Shown: positions 14,111-14,931 of the stretch, piece by piece
How positions within the stretch are numbered: the first letter of the stretch is position 1
How the letters are laid out: the number at the start of each line of letters is the position of its first letter
NCBI GenBank assembly: GCA_043803745.1
Contig: JAZDJS010000030.1
Span: 1 to 14,931 of the forward strand
Source of the DNA: an archaeon
GTDB taxonomy: Archaea; SpSt-1190; DYHY01
DNA length: 14,931 nt
Direction of reading: 5' to 3'
The notes under the pieces: model-generated
The model's input: the letters and a program-made list of their open reading frames with translations, nothing else
The model's database searches: none
Told to the model about the DNA's origin: nothing
Made by a program: the position numbers and the translations under genes

Positions 14111-14931
14111 GTGGCAAGAAAAGCAACGCAGTCCGTTTTAGCCTTAGTTGTCTTTCTTCTTTTCGCAGTCTCCCTTTTTTTGGCAGTCCCGGCTTTCTCG
14201 GCAATTGAGGTCAATCTCACCTATCCGGAGAACAACACCTGGACTAACCTCGGGAACTCTTCGCTGAATTTCACATTCAACCACACGAGCGAATATGACG
14301 GGGCGGCCTGCTTCCTTTACCTGAACGACACCCTTGTCGGCTCCGCCAACGCAACCAACGGGACGGAGGCTAACATTTCCTCTGGAGCCGCATTCTCCCT
14401 TGGGGCGAACTCCTGGAAGGTCGGCTGCGTCAATTCGACGAGCGAGGCGAACTCGACCGCGAGGGTTTTGAATTATGATGATGTTGCTCCCGTGCCAAGC
14501 GTAGTCAGCCCGGTTGACAATTACAACACATCTTCCGTCAATGTTACCTTCGTTCTTTATGCAGCGGACACCCTGAATCTCTCGCGAATCGCCCTTTGGG
14601 GAAACTTCACCGGAAGCTGGCTTGCAAATTCAACTAACAATTCTTTTGTCAACGGAACGAACTGGACTGTGAACGTTTCCGGATTTTCCGAGGGCAGGTA
14701 TGTCTGGGGCGTTTTCGCAAACGATTCCGCCGGGAACGAAAATTTCTCAGCAGCCAACCGGACTCTTACAATAGACCTGACTGCGCCCTCAGTAACCCCT
14801 GCATTTGCAAATGCCACAACTCACAGGAACACGACAACTCCGACGTTCAGATTTTACCTTTCCGACGCCCTCACAAGCCCCTCCGCATGCAAACTCAAGA
14901 TAAACAACGGCACGGCAAACCTTTCCGAAGC
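14111..14931 (+). CDS. Secreted Ig-like repeat surface glycoprotein, 3'-partial (absent from the ORF track)
   Basis: Manual translation from GTG 14111: MARKATQSVLALVVFLLFAVSLFLAVPAFSAIEVNLTYPENNTWTNLGNSSLNFTFNHTS... Signal peptide, many N-x-S/T sequons and repeat ends YDDVAP / IDLTAP. No stop seen before the window edge. Confidence 0.85.
   Translation, partial: MARKATQSVLALVVFLLFAVSLFLAVPAFSAIEVNLTYPENNTWTNLGNSSLNFTFNHTSEYDGAACFLYLNDTLVGSANATNGTEANISSGAAFSLGANSWKVGCVNSTSEANSTARVLNYDDVAPVPSVVSPVDNYNTSSVNVTFVLYAADTLNLSRIALWGNFTGSWLANSTNNSFVNGTNWTVNVSGFSEGRYVWGVFANDSAGNENFSAANRTLTIDLTAPSVTPAFANATTHRNTTTPTFRFYLSDALTSPSACKLKINNGTANLSE

Overview
Archaeal chromosomal segment. Dph5, DUF357, Trm5, BRE/TATA promoters about 30 nt before leaderless starts and sequon-rich Ig-like surface proteins suggest a DPANN lineage such as Micrarchaeota (inference). 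Left to right: a 5'-truncated repeat-rich hypothetical protein, an HTH-MNT/HEPN pair, DUF357, dph5, a sulfatase-like enzyme, trm5, an alkaline-phosphatase-superfamily phosphodiesterase, a membrane protein, MscS, a GNAT, tRNA-Leu(GAG), a PD-(D/E)XK Fe-S nuclease and two surface proteins. The most unusual signal is the ~330 nt around tRNA-Leu (10971-11300). Both flanks are hairpins built from 11-12 nt blocks of that same tRNA, interrupted upstream and permuted downstream, and they are tied together by two long-range inverted repeats. The only recognisable promoter points at the upstream element, not at the tRNA. Second, one 12-bp minisatellite (GGGAACCCCTCA) recurs at three unrelated loci, twice in frame inside genes. 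All calls are by eye; no searches or folding programs were run.
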